From: Chara braunii
Taxonomy: Eukaryota > Plantae > Charophyceae
DNA length: 64,000 bases
Reading direction: 5' to 3'
NCBI GenBank assembly: GCA_003427395.1
Contig: BFEA01000027.1
Coordinates: forward strand, 4,603,630-4,667,629
Position 1 is the stretch's first letter. The number at the start of each line of letters is the position of its first letter. The notes under the pieces are model-generated. The model made no database searches. It was not told the DNA's origin and was given only the letters and a program-made list of their open reading frames with translations. Positions 27,601 through 40,180 of the stretch are shown here, one piece after another. The translations under genes were made by a program, and so were the position numbers.

Positions 27601-30600
27601 ATTCATGGCTCACTTTCTGGTTTCAAGGAGCACTATTCTGATACCATCATGAATGTGTGACAAAGTGTGACAAGTTGAATTAGTAACCGATAATGTTGGT
27701 TCCGGTTTTGTACGCAAGCATGGTCAAGAGAGAGTGGACACAATTAGGTGAAAATTCAGTCCGTTCCAGCGAAACATAGCCAAGTAGGGTCCTAATAATA
27801 CATAGACAGGATAGAGACCGATAGACAGCTTATAAGGTACCTTGTCTTGATCTCTTGTTCAGCGGGCGGTTCAACACCACCCGACTCCCTCTCGGTATCA
27901 TACTTGACGACCTTCGCCTCCACTTTCTCCCATGGCTCTTTGGGACACCCAACTGTGCCGTCCGAGGTAACATGTTCACCGCCCTTTTCTGCTACTTCTG
28001 CACATTCACCATCACTCTCTTCACAATCCTCAAACCTCTCACTTCCCTCACTGGTTTCGCCAGAAGTGACATCTTTGCAGATGGCCTTGGACACTGCTTC
28101 CCATGCATTTTTATTTACAGAAGCAGAACTGTCATCCGGAGCCTCAGCAACATCGACCGAGGCCAGTGATTTGACATACTCGTCAGAAGCAGAACGGTCC
28201 TTCAACAACTCTCGTTTTACAATCGCAGCATCACCCTCCAGCTGCACGGCACCGGACTTCTCATCCTTATCAGTTGCCACAGCATTCAGCAGCTCTTCTG
28301 AGGCTGCGGAGGTCTCTTGCAGCCTTGGCAGCTGCTGCCCAAGCCCAGCATTATCACCAGTGTCAACAGCAATAACTAGCTTAGTCTCTGAAGAAGGGAC
28401 CCTTTTGAGCGGTGGCAATGACACTGTTCGTAGCAGTCCAAACTGCATACTTTCTCCACCGTTTACGCAGGATACAGAGCGATCATACACATGCATCCCA
28501 TGACGTGTCCCTGCCCGATTGTCTTGTTGTCTGAATGCCGTTTGCAGATCGTCCACCAAAACGGCGTCCAGAGGAAGGACGGTCCCGGACTTGCGCCTCA
28601 TTATTGTGAGAAGACCCGCATCACTTGTTGTAGGCTTCCTGTGCCTTTTCTTCTTCGTCTCTTCATGTTCGGTAGCCGTAGTAGTCGGCGTGACGCATGC
28701 CTCATTATCGTCAGCACGACCAGCGTCCTCCGTCGACTCAGACGAAACACTTGCATGCACATTAGCGAATCCATGCTTTCGCGCCTGAAGCCTCAGTGCT
28801 TGCTCTACTGCCCAAAGTGAGCGCCGGCACATTGACCACGACCGAACAGGCTCTCCTCCATTTCCCACTGCTGAGGGAGACTGCAAGGCAGTTGCGTCAC
28901 TTTCAGAACGTGTTGCCGGGCTGGGAAGAGAGTCTGCTGAGCTCTCTCTAGCCTTGTCAGACTCAATTCTCCCATTTGCCTCAAGCTCACGTGGAAGAGA
29001 GTGGGTCGCAAGCGTGTTTCTTTCCGCATTGGCAGGAGAAGCTTCACATCCTGGCTCAACGTACGACGTCAAGAAGTGATCCCACCGTTCTGCACGCTCT
29101 GTCTCTTCTTCCTATTGAAACAGACAGCCACCAAGGAACAATTGATGCAATGAGCCACATCAGACAGCAAAACACATACCGTAAAAATCACAAACACACA
29201 CGTAATAAAAAACTGACATGTTTGCCTTTTCTATCATTACATATGTGATGTTAAGGCCCCTCCGGGCCACAACCAAAAGACTTCAAGCGGAGTTGCAGAA
29301 ACGAGAGAGAGATAAAGACATGGTAAACCTCGAGAGAGGCAGAGAGAAAGAGAAAGGACATCAAGATAGCAAGAGTCGCAAGAAAGAGTGGCCATAGAGA
29401 GAGAGGGGGGGGAAGAAAACGAGCGACGGAGAGACAAAAGTGAGAAAAAGAGCGAGAGAGAAAAAGAAAAAGACGGGGGGGAGGGGGGAGAGAGAGATCA
29501 GGAGGGAGATGTGACATGGGAAAGAGCAAGAAACCCAATGGACGATCATAAAATGTCGGAAAGGGGCACGACACAGAGAGAGAAAGGGGAAAGAGAAGAC
29601 TAGCCGGAGAGCGCCACAAAGCGATTGACGTTGAGAGGCAAAGACAAAAGGAAAGAGAATGAAAGAGGGAGGAAGAGAGAGCCAGGGAGACAGGGGTGTG
29701 GCAACAGATAAACAGAACGGGACAGAGAGGCAGGGAAAGGAAGAAGGGACAAAGTGTCAGGGTGGGAGAGAAACTGAGACAGACACGAATGAACGGATAG
29801 GAAGAATGAANNNNNNNNNNNNNNNNNNNNNNNNNNNNNNNNNNNNNNNNNNNNNNNNNNNNNNNNNNNNNNNNNNNNNNNNNNNNNNNGGAGGGTGGCG
29901 GTGGGGTGGCGGTGGGGTGTAGTGTGCATGGGGTGGGGCAGTGGGGTGGGCGGTTGGGGGCGGGGTGGGCTACGGGGTTACAGTGTGAGGATAGGGGTGG
30001 GATGCGCGGTAGCAGTGTGAGGGTGGGATAGGGGTGTGGGCGTGGGTGGCGTGGAATGCAGCAGGTTGGCTGCGCTTCATGACCTCTATGGCTGACATCA
30101 TCAGTTAATGGCGTGCTCAATACACGCTGCCACTATTTTATTCCAACTCCTAAGTAAACAGAATCGACAGCAGTCTCCAGCCGCCAGATCATAGCACCGT
30201 TGATACCGTTGGATCCAAGTTCTGTCCATCAAACTCTGCACGAAAACACGTTACAAAAATAAGAATTTGCCACGCAGTTTGGGATTTGATGCCATATGAG
30301 GGGAACAAATATGAGGGGAGCAAATATGAGGGGAACAAATATGAGGTGACGGATGGAGAGAGTAATACTCTGATTGAGGGCATAGAAAGACGCGAGAATG
30401 GCCGACAGGAGACAAAGCACACGAGCGAGATCGAGGATTTTATGCCAATTAGATCCGCGATTGAGCTATACCTGGTAGATCCGCGAGTACTCCTTGTACC
30501 GAGCCACGTGCTGTGGACGCACAGCGAAGCCATACATATCTCTGCACGTCAACACCAACCACAAACCGAGCACGACGTACAATCTTTGTAAGAGGGAGAT

Positions 30601-32603
30601 CAGAAGACAGAAAACCACAAAAACCACACGGGTGACAAAAGCCATAGGCAAATGCCACACGGGTCACAAAAAGACGAAGAGGAGATCAGAAGGCTGAATT
30701 GTCAAATGTTCGTAAAGGGAGATCATGAGTTCAATTCCCTGAGGGATAACTGCCATGACATTACTGAAAAGAAAAAAAAAAAGCGAGAAAAGACGAGATC
30801 CTTCCTTATGAGGGAGGATCCAAGAAGAGTCAATCCAATCTCAGTCGGACTCGATGTGAATCGTAGTCCAGATTTTGTTGGTTTAGTGAGGGCGACCGTG
30901 CAAGTCACCGAGTGAATTGCCCACTTTGGGGCTTTAGCACAGCATTTCTCGAATACCACACGTCATGGTGCAATCTGCACAGCATGCTTTCTCCTCCTCC
31001 TTCCTTGCATCCTCCAAATTCATTACTTCATCTAGAGAATAGCATGTTATCATTCACGCTATCCACTGGAACGATTTGAAACGAGTCTGGTCCAAAATTC
31101 AGTCAAGTGCATCCTTAGGAACCAGTTTATCGTGTCTTCATTATGACTCCACTTCGAACCACTTTCACTGCACTGCCTCGTACAAAATTCCCCTCCCCTC
31201 CACCGACGGGCCTAGCTCCGTTGGTAAACCGACGGACAGTTGAAATGCACACCTGTGGTCGAATCCGGATGCAACAAGTTGAAAGAAATTTTGAAGTATC
31301 ACATGGCTGGTCGCTGATATGACATGGCAGTTGAATTTCTTTAAAAAAAAAAAAAAAAAAAAAAAATCAGTCCACTCCATATTCGGTGAGGGTAGTTGCT
31401 GTCGAGAAGGGTGTGAATGGACATTTGACAGTGCAGAACGGTGAGAAGACAACTGAAGACGACGAGGAATGAAAGAGCAAGACCAGTGGTGGTGAAAGTG
31501 GAAATAGATAATGATGACGGAGAGGGAATAGAGCTGAAGATGATGAGCATTCAGAAAAGAAAAATCAGGAAAAGATGAGCGATGGAGGAGGAGGAGGAGG
31601 AGGAGGAGGAGGAGGAGGAGGAGGAAATCGAATAGCATCAACAATAGACGAGAAAGGGACAGGTTCAATCCTAGAGTGCTCATACCAGTCCCAGGACAGT
31701 TCCTTGTCTTTGATTCAGAAAGGAAGAGGAGGGGGGGGGGAGGAAGACGAGAAACGGAGGAGATGATCAGCCGATAGGGAAGAGAGATGTCACAAAGAGG
31801 AACAGATGATTGAGGGAAAAAGGTATTACCCAGAGAATAGAGATGAAGATCAAGAGGAGAGCCATCCACTCCATATAACTGTAGAGATAGTAGAGAGGCT
31901 GGCTAGGCAGCGGCAAGATAACCCACCAGCCCCTCCATTCCGCTAATATACAGTAATTAGCGGAATGCTGATAGTTAGACAAACCGTGAAGACGAAATTC
32001 CACGGACGTACTATCTTCTTCCCCCGAATACAACGTACGGTCATTATAGCTGTATTTGACGCATCTCTCAGTCTAGATACAGCTAGAATGACCGTACGTT
32101 GTATTCGGGGGAAGAAGGTAATGACGAAATGTCTATATGAGTGTCATGCATTCGACAAAGAACGCAGAAAATGCATTCAACAGATTCCTATGACGTGCAT
32201 AATGACAACTCGTGTTCCCTTTCATGACATTTTCTGTCGAATGCATTTTCTGCATTAATTTGGGGTATCAGCAGGAGCGTGTTCCCTTTTCGCACACGTT
32301 CGTGCAGCGTGTTCCTCGCTTCCCGCCTTTCTGATTCTGACCATGTTAATGGAATCCGCCCGCTAAGCTCCTGCTGATAACCCAAATTTCATGGATGCAC
32401 ACCTCCATCACGCACAGCCCACTACATATGGGCTCAATCTGTTCACCTACCTAAACATCTACCTGCCACAGACACGCCGAAATGCTCACGGGCATCTATG
32501 CAATCCATCGAACATCCGAGCAGTTTTATTTCTCCCTAACCCTACGTATCCCTGTTTTGTTTCGTCCACGACGATTATGAGCACAACGGCTTCAAAATAT
32601 CGA

Positions 32604-32646
<43 letters not shown>

Positions 32647-33066
32647 NNNNNNNNNNNNNNNNNNNNNNNNNNNNNNNNNNNNNNNNNNNNNNNNNNNNNN
32701 NNNNNNNNNNNNNNNNNNNNNNNNNNNNNNNNNNNNNNNNNNNNNNNNNNNNNNNNNNNNNNNNNNNNNNNNNNNNNNNNNNNNNNNNNNNNNNNNNNNN
32801 NNNNNNNNNNNNNNNNNNNNNNNNNNNNNNNNNNNNNNNNNNNNNNNNNNNNNNNNNNNNNNNNNNNNNNNNNNNNNNNNNNNNNNNNNNNNNNNNNNNN
32901 NNNNNNNNNNNNNNNNNNNNNNNNNNNNNNNNNNNNNNNNNNNNNNNNNNNNNNNNNNNNNNNNNNNNNNNNNNNNNNNNNNNNNNNNNNNNNNNNNNNN
33001 NNNNNNNNNNNNNNNNNNNNNNNNNNNNNNNNNNNNNNNNNNNNNNNNNNNNNNNNNNNNNNNNNN

Positions 33067-33100
<34 letters not shown>

Positions 33101-33516
33101 CACACACACACACACACACACCCATTCGTGCGCACTCGCGAGCGTCCCCCTTTTGTCTAGTACTCTCTTCCTCACGCACACACAAATCTCACCCACACAC
33201 AAGCGCGCGTATTAAGTAATTCATTCCGGACTCACTGATGGAAGAAACATCTAGATAGGCAGTAGGTGAACCGGTCAGGACAGCCAGATGTGCCTTATAC
33301 GTCAACAATCAGAACTTCTGCAAATGACGTGGCATGATAATACGGTACGTCGGACGGACAGGTGGCGACACGATCGAGAGGGCGCTGGAAACACGTCATC
33401 CATTTCTGCAAGCACTTCCGCCACGTGCCTAGTCAAACCAGATTCGCGGATTACCCAACCCACTTCCATCCGATCTTTCCATAAAACCTTCCACATCATC
33501 CATCCCGACCAAAAAG

Positions 33517-33605
<89 letters not shown>

Positions 33606-36077
33606 CGGCGTTATACCACCCCCTAAACGTCATGATCATCGTCATCGTCGTCGTCATCATTATCATCGTTCTTCTCACGATCAAATCATGCCCATGATCA
33701 AATCGTCATCGTCGTCGTCATTCTCATTATCAAATCATGCCCATGATCAAAAGCCCCGCATCGATAAAAAAAAAAGTTCTTCAATTTCAATGGGACTACG
33801 TTTGTTCTTCGGCCGGCCAAAACGCGTTTTGCACGTCAGAACACGATGACAGCAACGATTACTGTCCCTCCAGTTAAAACGCGATGACAACAACGATTAT
33901 TGTCCGTCCAGTCAAGACACGTTTTACACGTAGTTAAGGCACGCCGTGCAAGGGACATAAGGTGTCTCAAGAAGAGTTCTGCACGCAGAAAAGCCACGAC
34001 GGGCAAGGGACAGAAGATGTGCATACCGGATTAACATACGTATTCCATACGTTTTTCCATGCCTCTCGTAGAGAGAAGGATTAAAAAGGAAGACCGGCAA
34101 CTAGCTACGATATCTCCTGGGGAGATGATTACATAGTAATAAGCCGCATAGTAGTAAGCTGCATAAGCTATGATATCTCCTGGAGAGGAGAACATTTTTA
34201 CGACTCCTCTAGATAGACAATATGATGGCTGGCACCCAAGAAGACTTCAGGGTAGGTAGGTGGGTAGGTAGGTAATGTGTTTAGTACGAGCAGAGCAGAG
34301 AAAGAATCATGTACGCGTAAATGACCGCGCACGGCGTAGCGCTTTCAGAAGGAAGACATGGCTCTGAGATCAAGCCACGTATGGGGGAGAGGTAAGTAAT
34401 GGGCTAGCGGGAGGACCGTCAATCAAGGGTTCGCACGGGCAATTGGTTAATGTACGGGCCAAGAAAAAGAAAAAGTGCCCGATCGTACGGCTAAATCGTG
34501 ACAAGTATTGATTGATGGGACGAATAGCTGTTCAACATCTGTCTCCAATATCACCCCCCCTCTATTGCAATAACCACCCCTTAGCCAGATTTCACATCTG
34601 TTCGTCATCAGAGGCAGTGGTACTCCCTTCATGATGGAGAGGGAGGCGCCGCCGCCTTACTACACTCCTATCAAAGAGGAGGCTTTTTCAAGGATGCCCT
34701 TTACATGCGCGAACTATTTCACTACTCCCGCCGAAGTGTTCATGTGTACAACAAACGCACAGCACATGCCAAGCTACTCTCAAACACTTGTAAGACCACC
34801 GGAGATTGGGCCCAATCTCCGTGGGCGCAAAGGGTGAAGAATATCCCACTCTGGACGATCGATAAACGAAAAAAAAAAGCGGACCGAAATCTAATGAGAA
34901 AAAACAGTCATCATCAAGGACAAACAAATTACAGTAATCAGCGTATGCCCACTCTGTTACGGCGAAAGAACAGAAGAACAGAGGGGAATAGACCCTTTGA
35001 CACATATAGAGGGAGAGAAAGGGGAGATAGGGAGAGAGAGGGGAGGAGAGAAAAGACGAACGGAAAGAAGGGAGAGGAAGGAGGGCCCCGGGGGAGGCGG
35101 GGAGGGGAAGGGGAGAAGAGGGAGAGAGAGAGAGAGAGGCAAAACGGAGAGGTGGTCAAGCATCGCGGGGATAGATGAAGACAGGGAGGCCATAAGGCAG
35201 GGCTTCGAGGCAACGGTCCGTCAGTGCACAATGTAAGGGAATGAGCTCAAGACTTCAGATTGAACAGAAAAACGATGCCTTTATCGCGCTTGGCGACCTT
35301 TACAATTCAGCGGGTACGGCACTCACGTCGTGATTCAACACGATTTGCACTCTGTACTTAGTGACCATGAGTTCTCTGCACGACATGAACTCTTGATGCG
35401 ATCTGCCATGTCATCTAGTTCCAGCGCGATGAGAACTCTTGATGTAAGATGACAGAGTTGACAGTCCCCTGATTAAAGGGAGCGGAGCAGGGCTGGAATA
35501 GGAAAGGCTATTTTTTCGGCTCCACAGGCCTGACAGATGGCAGGACAGGGACTGAGAACTGGAGACGGGAAGGAGGACGGACGGAAAGGAAAGGAAAGGA
35601 AAGGAAAGGAAAGGAAAGGAAAGGAAAGGAAAGGAAAGAGAAGAGAGGAGAGGAGGACAGGACAGACGGGACAAGAAGGGGGAAGAGAGGAAAGAAAAGA
35701 AAAGAACTGAAAAGTGAAGGAAAGGAGAGTTGAGGAAAGAGAAGGAAAAGGAACGCGGGGGAAGGGGAGGGATGAGAAGGGGGGAGGGGGGGAGGGAGGG
35801 AGGGACGGAGGGAGGGAGGGAGGGAGGGAGGAGGTAGAGGAAGAGAGGGGAGGAAAAGGGGGGGACGGGAATAAAAGGGAAAGGGAATGGGAAGGAGAGG
35901 CGAGGAAGAGGATGACCTGCTTGTGTCTACATTGGTCACCGCTTGATCATCAATCGATGCCCGAACAACGTCAGGCCTCTTCCTGCCTTTCCTAACCTTC
36001 TGCCGCACGATCGCGGCCATGGAAAACACAGGACTGGACGCCACGAGCCCGGTCGCAGGCGCGTATTGTCGATTCAT
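2111..36077 (-). CDS. Multi-exon plant-type TBC/Rab-GAP (Ypt/Rab-GAP gyp1p superfamily) protein with C-terminal coiled coil; 16 exons in window, 3' end probably outside window
   Basis: Spliced translation gives family motifs [88 protein letters not shown]. All introns are GT-AG and phases are consistent. Both the R-finger (IxxDxxR) and Q-finger (YxQ) are intact. Confidence 0.93.
2836..2916 (-). CDS. TBC gene exon 15 ([27 protein letters not shown])
   Basis: accag| ... |gtgaga; coiled-coil heptads. Confidence 0.82.
3896..3968 (-). CDS. TBC gene exon 14 ([24 protein letters not shown])
   Basis: ccgcag| ... |gtatgc; phase matches neighbouring exons. Confidence 0.8.
4541..4606 (-). mobile_element. 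Possible tRNA-derived SINE head
   Basis: Minus strand has A-box-like atccaagttggta and B-box gttcgaatcc at tRNA-like spacing. Confidence 0.3.
5274..5335 (-). CDS. TBC gene exon 13 ([21 protein letters not shown])
   Basis: ggtag| ... |gtatgt; coiled-coil, V.WLK.EL motif. Confidence 0.88.
6047..6480 (-). CDS. TBC gene exon 12 ([14 protein letters not shown]...TFDSSQLVL...LITQ)
   Basis: tgcag| ... |gtactc; conserved TKD.GDAV..LQ....[14 protein letters not shown]. Confidence 0.93.
11151..11234 (-). CDS. TBC gene exon 11 ([28 protein letters not shown])
   Basis: tgcag| ... |gtaagg. Confidence 0.95.
11789..11881 (-). CDS. TBC gene exon 10 ([30 protein letters not shown])
   Basis: tgcag| ... |gtgggt. 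Confidence 0.95.
14398..14449 (-). CDS. TBC gene exon 9 ([17 protein letters not shown])
   Basis: tccag| ... |gtgagt. Confidence 0.92.
16203..16269 (-). CDS. TBC gene exon 8 ([22 protein letters not shown])
   Basis: tccag| ... |gtgagt. Confidence 0.94.
16877..16935 (-). CDS. TBC gene exon 7 ([20 protein letters not shown])
   Basis: ttcag| ... |gtatgt; not in the ORF track, read directly from sequence. Confidence 0.94.
19293..19406 (-). CDS. TBC gene exon 6 ([13 protein letters not shown]...VGYCQ)
   Basis: tgcag| ... |gtgtgt; carries the catalytic R and Q fingers. Confidence 0.96.
20692..20960. repeat. Tandem duplication of ~130 bp
   Basis: acaggagaggcca...gcagaaagaagatttt occurs twice with small indels. 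Confidence 0.9.
21303..21494 (-). CDS. TBC gene exon 5 (LWQLFSG...EKWTSQIEK)
   Basis: atcag| ... |gttggt; TBC motif. Confidence 0.93.
21804..22004. repeat. ~200-bp near-perfect foldback palindrome, with a partial third arm at 21723-21763
   Basis: tgaaactccgacgaaacagtttgtcacagcc... mirrored by ...ggctgtgacaaactgtttcgtcggagtttca around an AT-rich centre. Confidence 0.9.
22488..23396 (-). CDS. Intronless nested ORF (302 aa): Josephin/ataxin-3-like cysteine protease domain plus two tandem RING-like Zn fingers
   Basis: Uninterrupted ORF inside TBC intron 4. Candidate triad C27-H124-D139, ataxin-3-like blocks [18 protein letters not shown] and CNL...HYMAL...QWELWD, and two Cys/His repeats from residue 171 onward. 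Confidence 0.7.
   Translation of the reverse strand: MRRTRQIRPSFPVVTESDLRVDLPNACGLTATNVCLRAYQRQCYTASHFVTIAYQLDAVENQLLYDHTGPPPEGSNYTTSGGFTVNFLQLAFHGRHLLMHHATPGDDLNDHPHISACNLHRPGHYMALIRAAAQWELWDGGTMIQAIFDINEFLCALRNHTLFWIIDRVSCDTCRDRDAVRLGCGIHQLCHQHYQSIAAAAVCAEGCPTFPHCTHPYHPDIRCPFCSQGHYQDCMMPHCDERPAVFLTCGQHALCQDCFDGMVRVSCPAECCAEVALLGYRCGHPRHPQRAWPICRGGGSSS
23594..23782. repeat. Compound (GAA)n / (CAG)n / (AAG)n microsatellite
   Basis: Directly visible. Confidence 0.95.
23783..23911 (-). promoter_or_regulatory. Putative TATA element plus pyrimidine patch upstream of the nested ORF
   Basis: Minus strand reads gatatatatact and then a long C/T tract, about 500 bp upstream of ATG 23396. Confidence 0.35.
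24414..24780 (-). CDS. TBC gene exon 4 (polyQ; ...[20 protein letters not shown])
   Basis: tgcag| ... |gtgatt; start of TBC domain. Confidence 0.92.
27841..29111 (-). CDS. TBC gene exon 3 (large, low-complexity; [14 protein letters not shown]...)
   Basis: aatag| ... |gtacct; 1271-bp open frame containing the conserved [18 protein letters not shown] block. Confidence 0.88.
30472..30541 (-). CDS. TBC gene exon 2 ([24 protein letters not shown])
   Basis: tgcag| ... |gtatag; conserved N-terminal motif of plant TBC proteins. Confidence 0.92.
35917..36077 (-). CDS. TBC gene probable exon 1 (MNRQYAP...NVDTS-R)
   Basis: ATG at 36077 (alternative ATG at 36020). Ends AG|gtcatc in phase 2, joining exon 2 as DTSR-DMYGF, and is followed by a CT-rich intron start. 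The donor is weak. Confidence 0.55.
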
Positions 36078-36637
36078 TTCGACGACCGGTCGCCCAGACT
36101 CTTCAAATCACATCACATGATATGCCACACACACCGGTCGCCCACACAGAGCTGCGGTCGCCGCTACCGTCGTCCGCTGTACCCGCCGTCACCGCGCAGA
36201 ATACCGATCTGTTCCCTCGCACAAGTCTCAAGCACCTTCTCGGTGCCAAGGCGGCCAAGAAAGATACCGATCTTCCAACACGTCCCCGCGGCCGCCTGCG
36301 CCAGTCTACTGCGCCTGCCGCTCACGATCTCAATACGCTGCGTCGCACACGGCGCCCAAGTCACTGATTCGATGCCGCAACTGCTGCCGCTCACTATACC
36401 AACCCTCCTTGGCGCTGGGCTTTCCGCCGAGAGAAATGCAATCATCTTCCCAATATCCCCCGTTCACCCTGTTTCAACGAGAAGAAGCAGATTATCGATG
36501 GAAAACAAACAGACACGTGCAGCTTCACCGGTGCCTAAATTTTGCGTCGACCGACCACTTCACCACCCCTCCATGTCCATTCCGGGAGCGATATCTTCTG
36601 GCACTAGCAATTTTCACAGGGCGCACACTCCTCTCTC

Positions 36638-36709
<72 letters not shown>

Positions 36710-36710
36710 N

Positions 36711-36790
<80 letters not shown>

Positions 36791-38813
36791 TGTGTGTGTG
36801 TGTGTATAAATGTTTATGTCTGCGTATGTCTACGTACAGCCTCACTTCACCTTGCGAGCGCAGTGCCCGCCGCAGTCAAAAAGATCCGTCGATTTCCCTC
36901 CCAGCAAAGTTCTCGTGCCACCGAATGGAAGATGAGTATGACCACCACGAGTTGTGTTAGGGACGTGGTGTCCAGCAAAGAGATGAACCCTATTAAGAAG
37001 GCAAGCGGTCTATTTTGTACAGTTCAAGTATTTTGACCGAGCATAGCCAACAAGGCGATGTCAACGAGAGAAATCGACGGTGACCAAAATGCTCTAATCG
37101 GAAGAGGATACCTCCTCCACTGCGCCTACCCCGTAGACAACTCCATATCTCGGGAACGCAGTAAGGAGAACGGAGGCAAATACGATGTCTACATCAGTCT
37201 CTTTCCCTCCCGCGCACGAATCCAATCAACACAGGGTACACAAGAGAGAGATAGAGACAGAGAGAGAGGGGGGGGAGAGAGAGCCAGGGGAGCGACGGCG
37301 CGACCGAGACGACCGCGGACCAAGGACCAGAAGAACCAATTGACGAAATTGAGAACGGGAGCCCGTCAGACCAGGATGCTGGAGGGCGCGCGCGCACATA
37401 CCGCGCCGCCCCCCACGTTCACCATCCTCATCGTCCCCATCCTGTTCACTGTCGACTTGGCGGGACAGCGACTGGCAACAATTCCCACCCCCTCCTCTCC
37501 CCAACCTCTTCCTCCTCCTCCCCCTCCTCCTCCTCCTACTCCTACTCCTACTCCTACTCCCGCCCCTCTTCCTCCTCCACTACCCGGCTCGTCAGCGTCT
37601 GGAATGAAGCGCCCTTGAAGAACACCCATCGCACGTACCTGGGCCTACCGGTACGCCATCGTCGGTTCGGGCAAGCCGACCGCGTGTGGACCACGCTTGT
37701 CACCCCACAACCGCAGTTCTGCGCCAGGAAGGGCTCCCGACCCAGAATCCGAAACGGAGAGCATACGCTCGTCGCCGTTCGTAGTTCTCCCGCCTCGGGC
37801 AGGCCTGACGGAATATTCACATTCACACAACAGATGTCTGGGGCTAGAATCACGTCCAAGAGCGTGATTCCACATGCGGAAAAAGGCCCGCGGGACCGAT
37901 TACAATCGCAAGCGGGAAACCGAAAAGTGGGCCTTCGTCCTCTGGGATACAGAAGATTAGCATGGCCCCTGCACTAAAAACGAAAACAAAAAGGTGGGCC
38001 TTCCCGCCACCCTCGTCCCAAACGGCCGCGGCTAGCCCACCCTGCCACGGGCATACGATTACTGGATTTGAATTCGTAGACTGGTCCTTGCACGGACAAT
38101 GAAAAAGGCCTGAAAGGCCGTCCTGTCCAGATTTTTTTATTTTTATTTTTTGATCCACAGAGTTCGACACCCCTGCACACCAACGATCTGGACGATCAGC
38201 AGGTCTGGGTCTGTCCAGCGTTCCGCCACCTGGCAGAAGTGAGCAAACACGCCAGGCATCCGCTTGGTGCCTGACCGGAGAAGATCGAATTTGAAGGGAA
38301 AAAACGAAAACAAAGTGTGGACTTTCCTCACGACCACGTACATCCCGAGAACGGTGAGGGCAATGCGAGCTTAGCACCACCACCGCTACCAGCTCGGACA
38401 TAGCGTCGAAGCAGACGTGCCATAATTCTACGCCAGAAGGCAAGCTCTACCCTGCCATATACGACCAGTGATGTAGGACGAGCGGTTGCGGGACCACTGA
38501 GTTTGAGGAATGCCCCTTTTGGCAAGTGGACATTCAAGGGACAGGTGTGTTGTTAGCTTCCAAGGCTTCACGGTTAGGTGGATTCTCATGAACTTTAGCC
38601 GTGGTGCAGATAGGGTTCTCACCCTGACAACATGCGCTGGAACCCTTTTCTTTGTTTTGTTTTTGTCTGATGTCCTGAAACGTGCGGGCTATTCATCCTC
38701 AAGGGCATGATACACTGCCCTTTGTGACAGTAGATTTGACAGATCAACGGTCCAAAAAAACCAATCCCTGCAGATGGAACCGTGCCCCGCGTCTCCTGGG
38801 TAGTCAATGAGTT

Positions 38814-39025
38814 CAGCCAACCTATGGAGGATATTGGTGAAGTGAAGAAGCAACTCAGCTACCCTGTCGCTTTTGGCCGGGGCGGAAAAGAACTAATAGA
38901 CACGTAGGGCGCGGTAGCGCAGCCAACCTATGGACGACATTGGTGAAGTGAAAAAGCTACCCTGTCGCTTTTGGCCGGGGCGGAAAAGAACTAATAGATG
39001 CATAGGGCGCGGTAGCGCAGCCAAG
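38814..39025. repeat. Tandem duplication of ~105 bp
   Basis: cagccaacctatgga...agggcgcggtagcg occurs twice. Confidence 0.9.
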
Positions 39026-40042
39026 GGGGGGGAGGGATGCCCGCATGGGCAGAGGGCAGTTGTATTTAGCACGAAGCCGGAGTCGGGCGGTATCAAAAAT
39101 ACCGTTCTTCCGGGGTCAGTTTTCAGTCTTTTGGGCAGAATGCACGCAATGTCTCAGATGCGTTATAGGGGATAGACCCATAACTTGTTTTCATCAGTCG
39201 TGTGTTTCGTCAAAATACATTTTAATGCGTGCTTGGCAGCAAAAAATTGCTTGAAAGAAATTTATTCCAGAACAGGAAACATGATGTCAGGACCGCTGGT
39301 ACAAACCGGAGATCTTGTGTCCTTGACTTGCAGTTTCCTTCCCCCAAGCTATCTTTTTGATCGGTCTCAGACCTGACAAAGATCGGAACTATTTATCGAT
39401 CGTTTGGAAAACCAGATATGATAGTACATCGCTCCTGTCATATTCCACGGTAATCCTGTTTTCGTAAGGAGACAAAAGAGCTGATGCAGCTTCACGGCGA
39501 AGCATAATTGAGGAAGTTGTATTTTCAAAGAAAGGTGGAGATTGGTATGGTAATAGTTGTCTGGTTGTAAAATTGGAGATGCATTAATGTATTGTATATC
39601 TTGAATAAAAGTGACGAAAGGAATCAGGCGTGAAATAGAGGTTGAGCATGAACAAAATTGATGTCGGAAATCATGCAGATAACTGATGGGCGGCGAGATC
39701 GTTAGAATGTTAATGCAAAACGTAGCGCACCAAACCCGGTTTTGAGCAGCCGCTGATTCTTAACAATAGACATAGTTGGGTAAATAGAGGATGAAAGCAA
39801 GGAAAAAGACCGACAAAGGAAGGGAAGAAAGAGAGAAGACGGCAGAAAGAAGGAAAAGCAGAGGACAAGAAACGCAAGAGCAAGCATGACGGAGAAAAAA
39901 AGGATGAACGAAGATGTGGAACACAAAAAGATGAAAAAGACATCAGTGTAGTTGTCGAAGCGGCAATGCAAATTTTTCTTTCATTATGGTTGGCGCCACC
40001 AGTCACTTTGGTCCGGTGGCACCGGGCTCTGAAGAATACGGT

Positions 40043-40180
40043 ATTCGCAGCCCTAAGGTTGCGATATAGTTCGCATCCCTAAGGTTGCACTATAGTTTGC
40101 AGCCCTAACGGTTGCAGTATGGTGCGATCCGTCATCAGTGTTCACAACCCTAAGGGTTGTTGTATGGTGCGGTCCGGCGT
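40043..40180. repeat. Short tandem repeat (ttcgcagccctaaggttgc); related motif near 42110-42190; probable TE subterminal repeats
   Basis: About 4 degenerate copies visible. Confidence 0.6.

Noticed and set aside
31253-31310. Candidate upstream exon VASGFDHR with an AG|GT donor in the right phase, resembling the family AFEHKR motif
   Set aside because: No convincing acceptor or ATG nearby; 35917-36077 is a better first exon, though RNA-seq is needed to exclude this one.
35943-37977. + strand ORFs of 288, 186 and 120 aa near the TBC 5' end as a divergent gene
   Set aside because: No recognisable motifs; they run through microsatellites and GC-rich promoter/UTR-like DNA.
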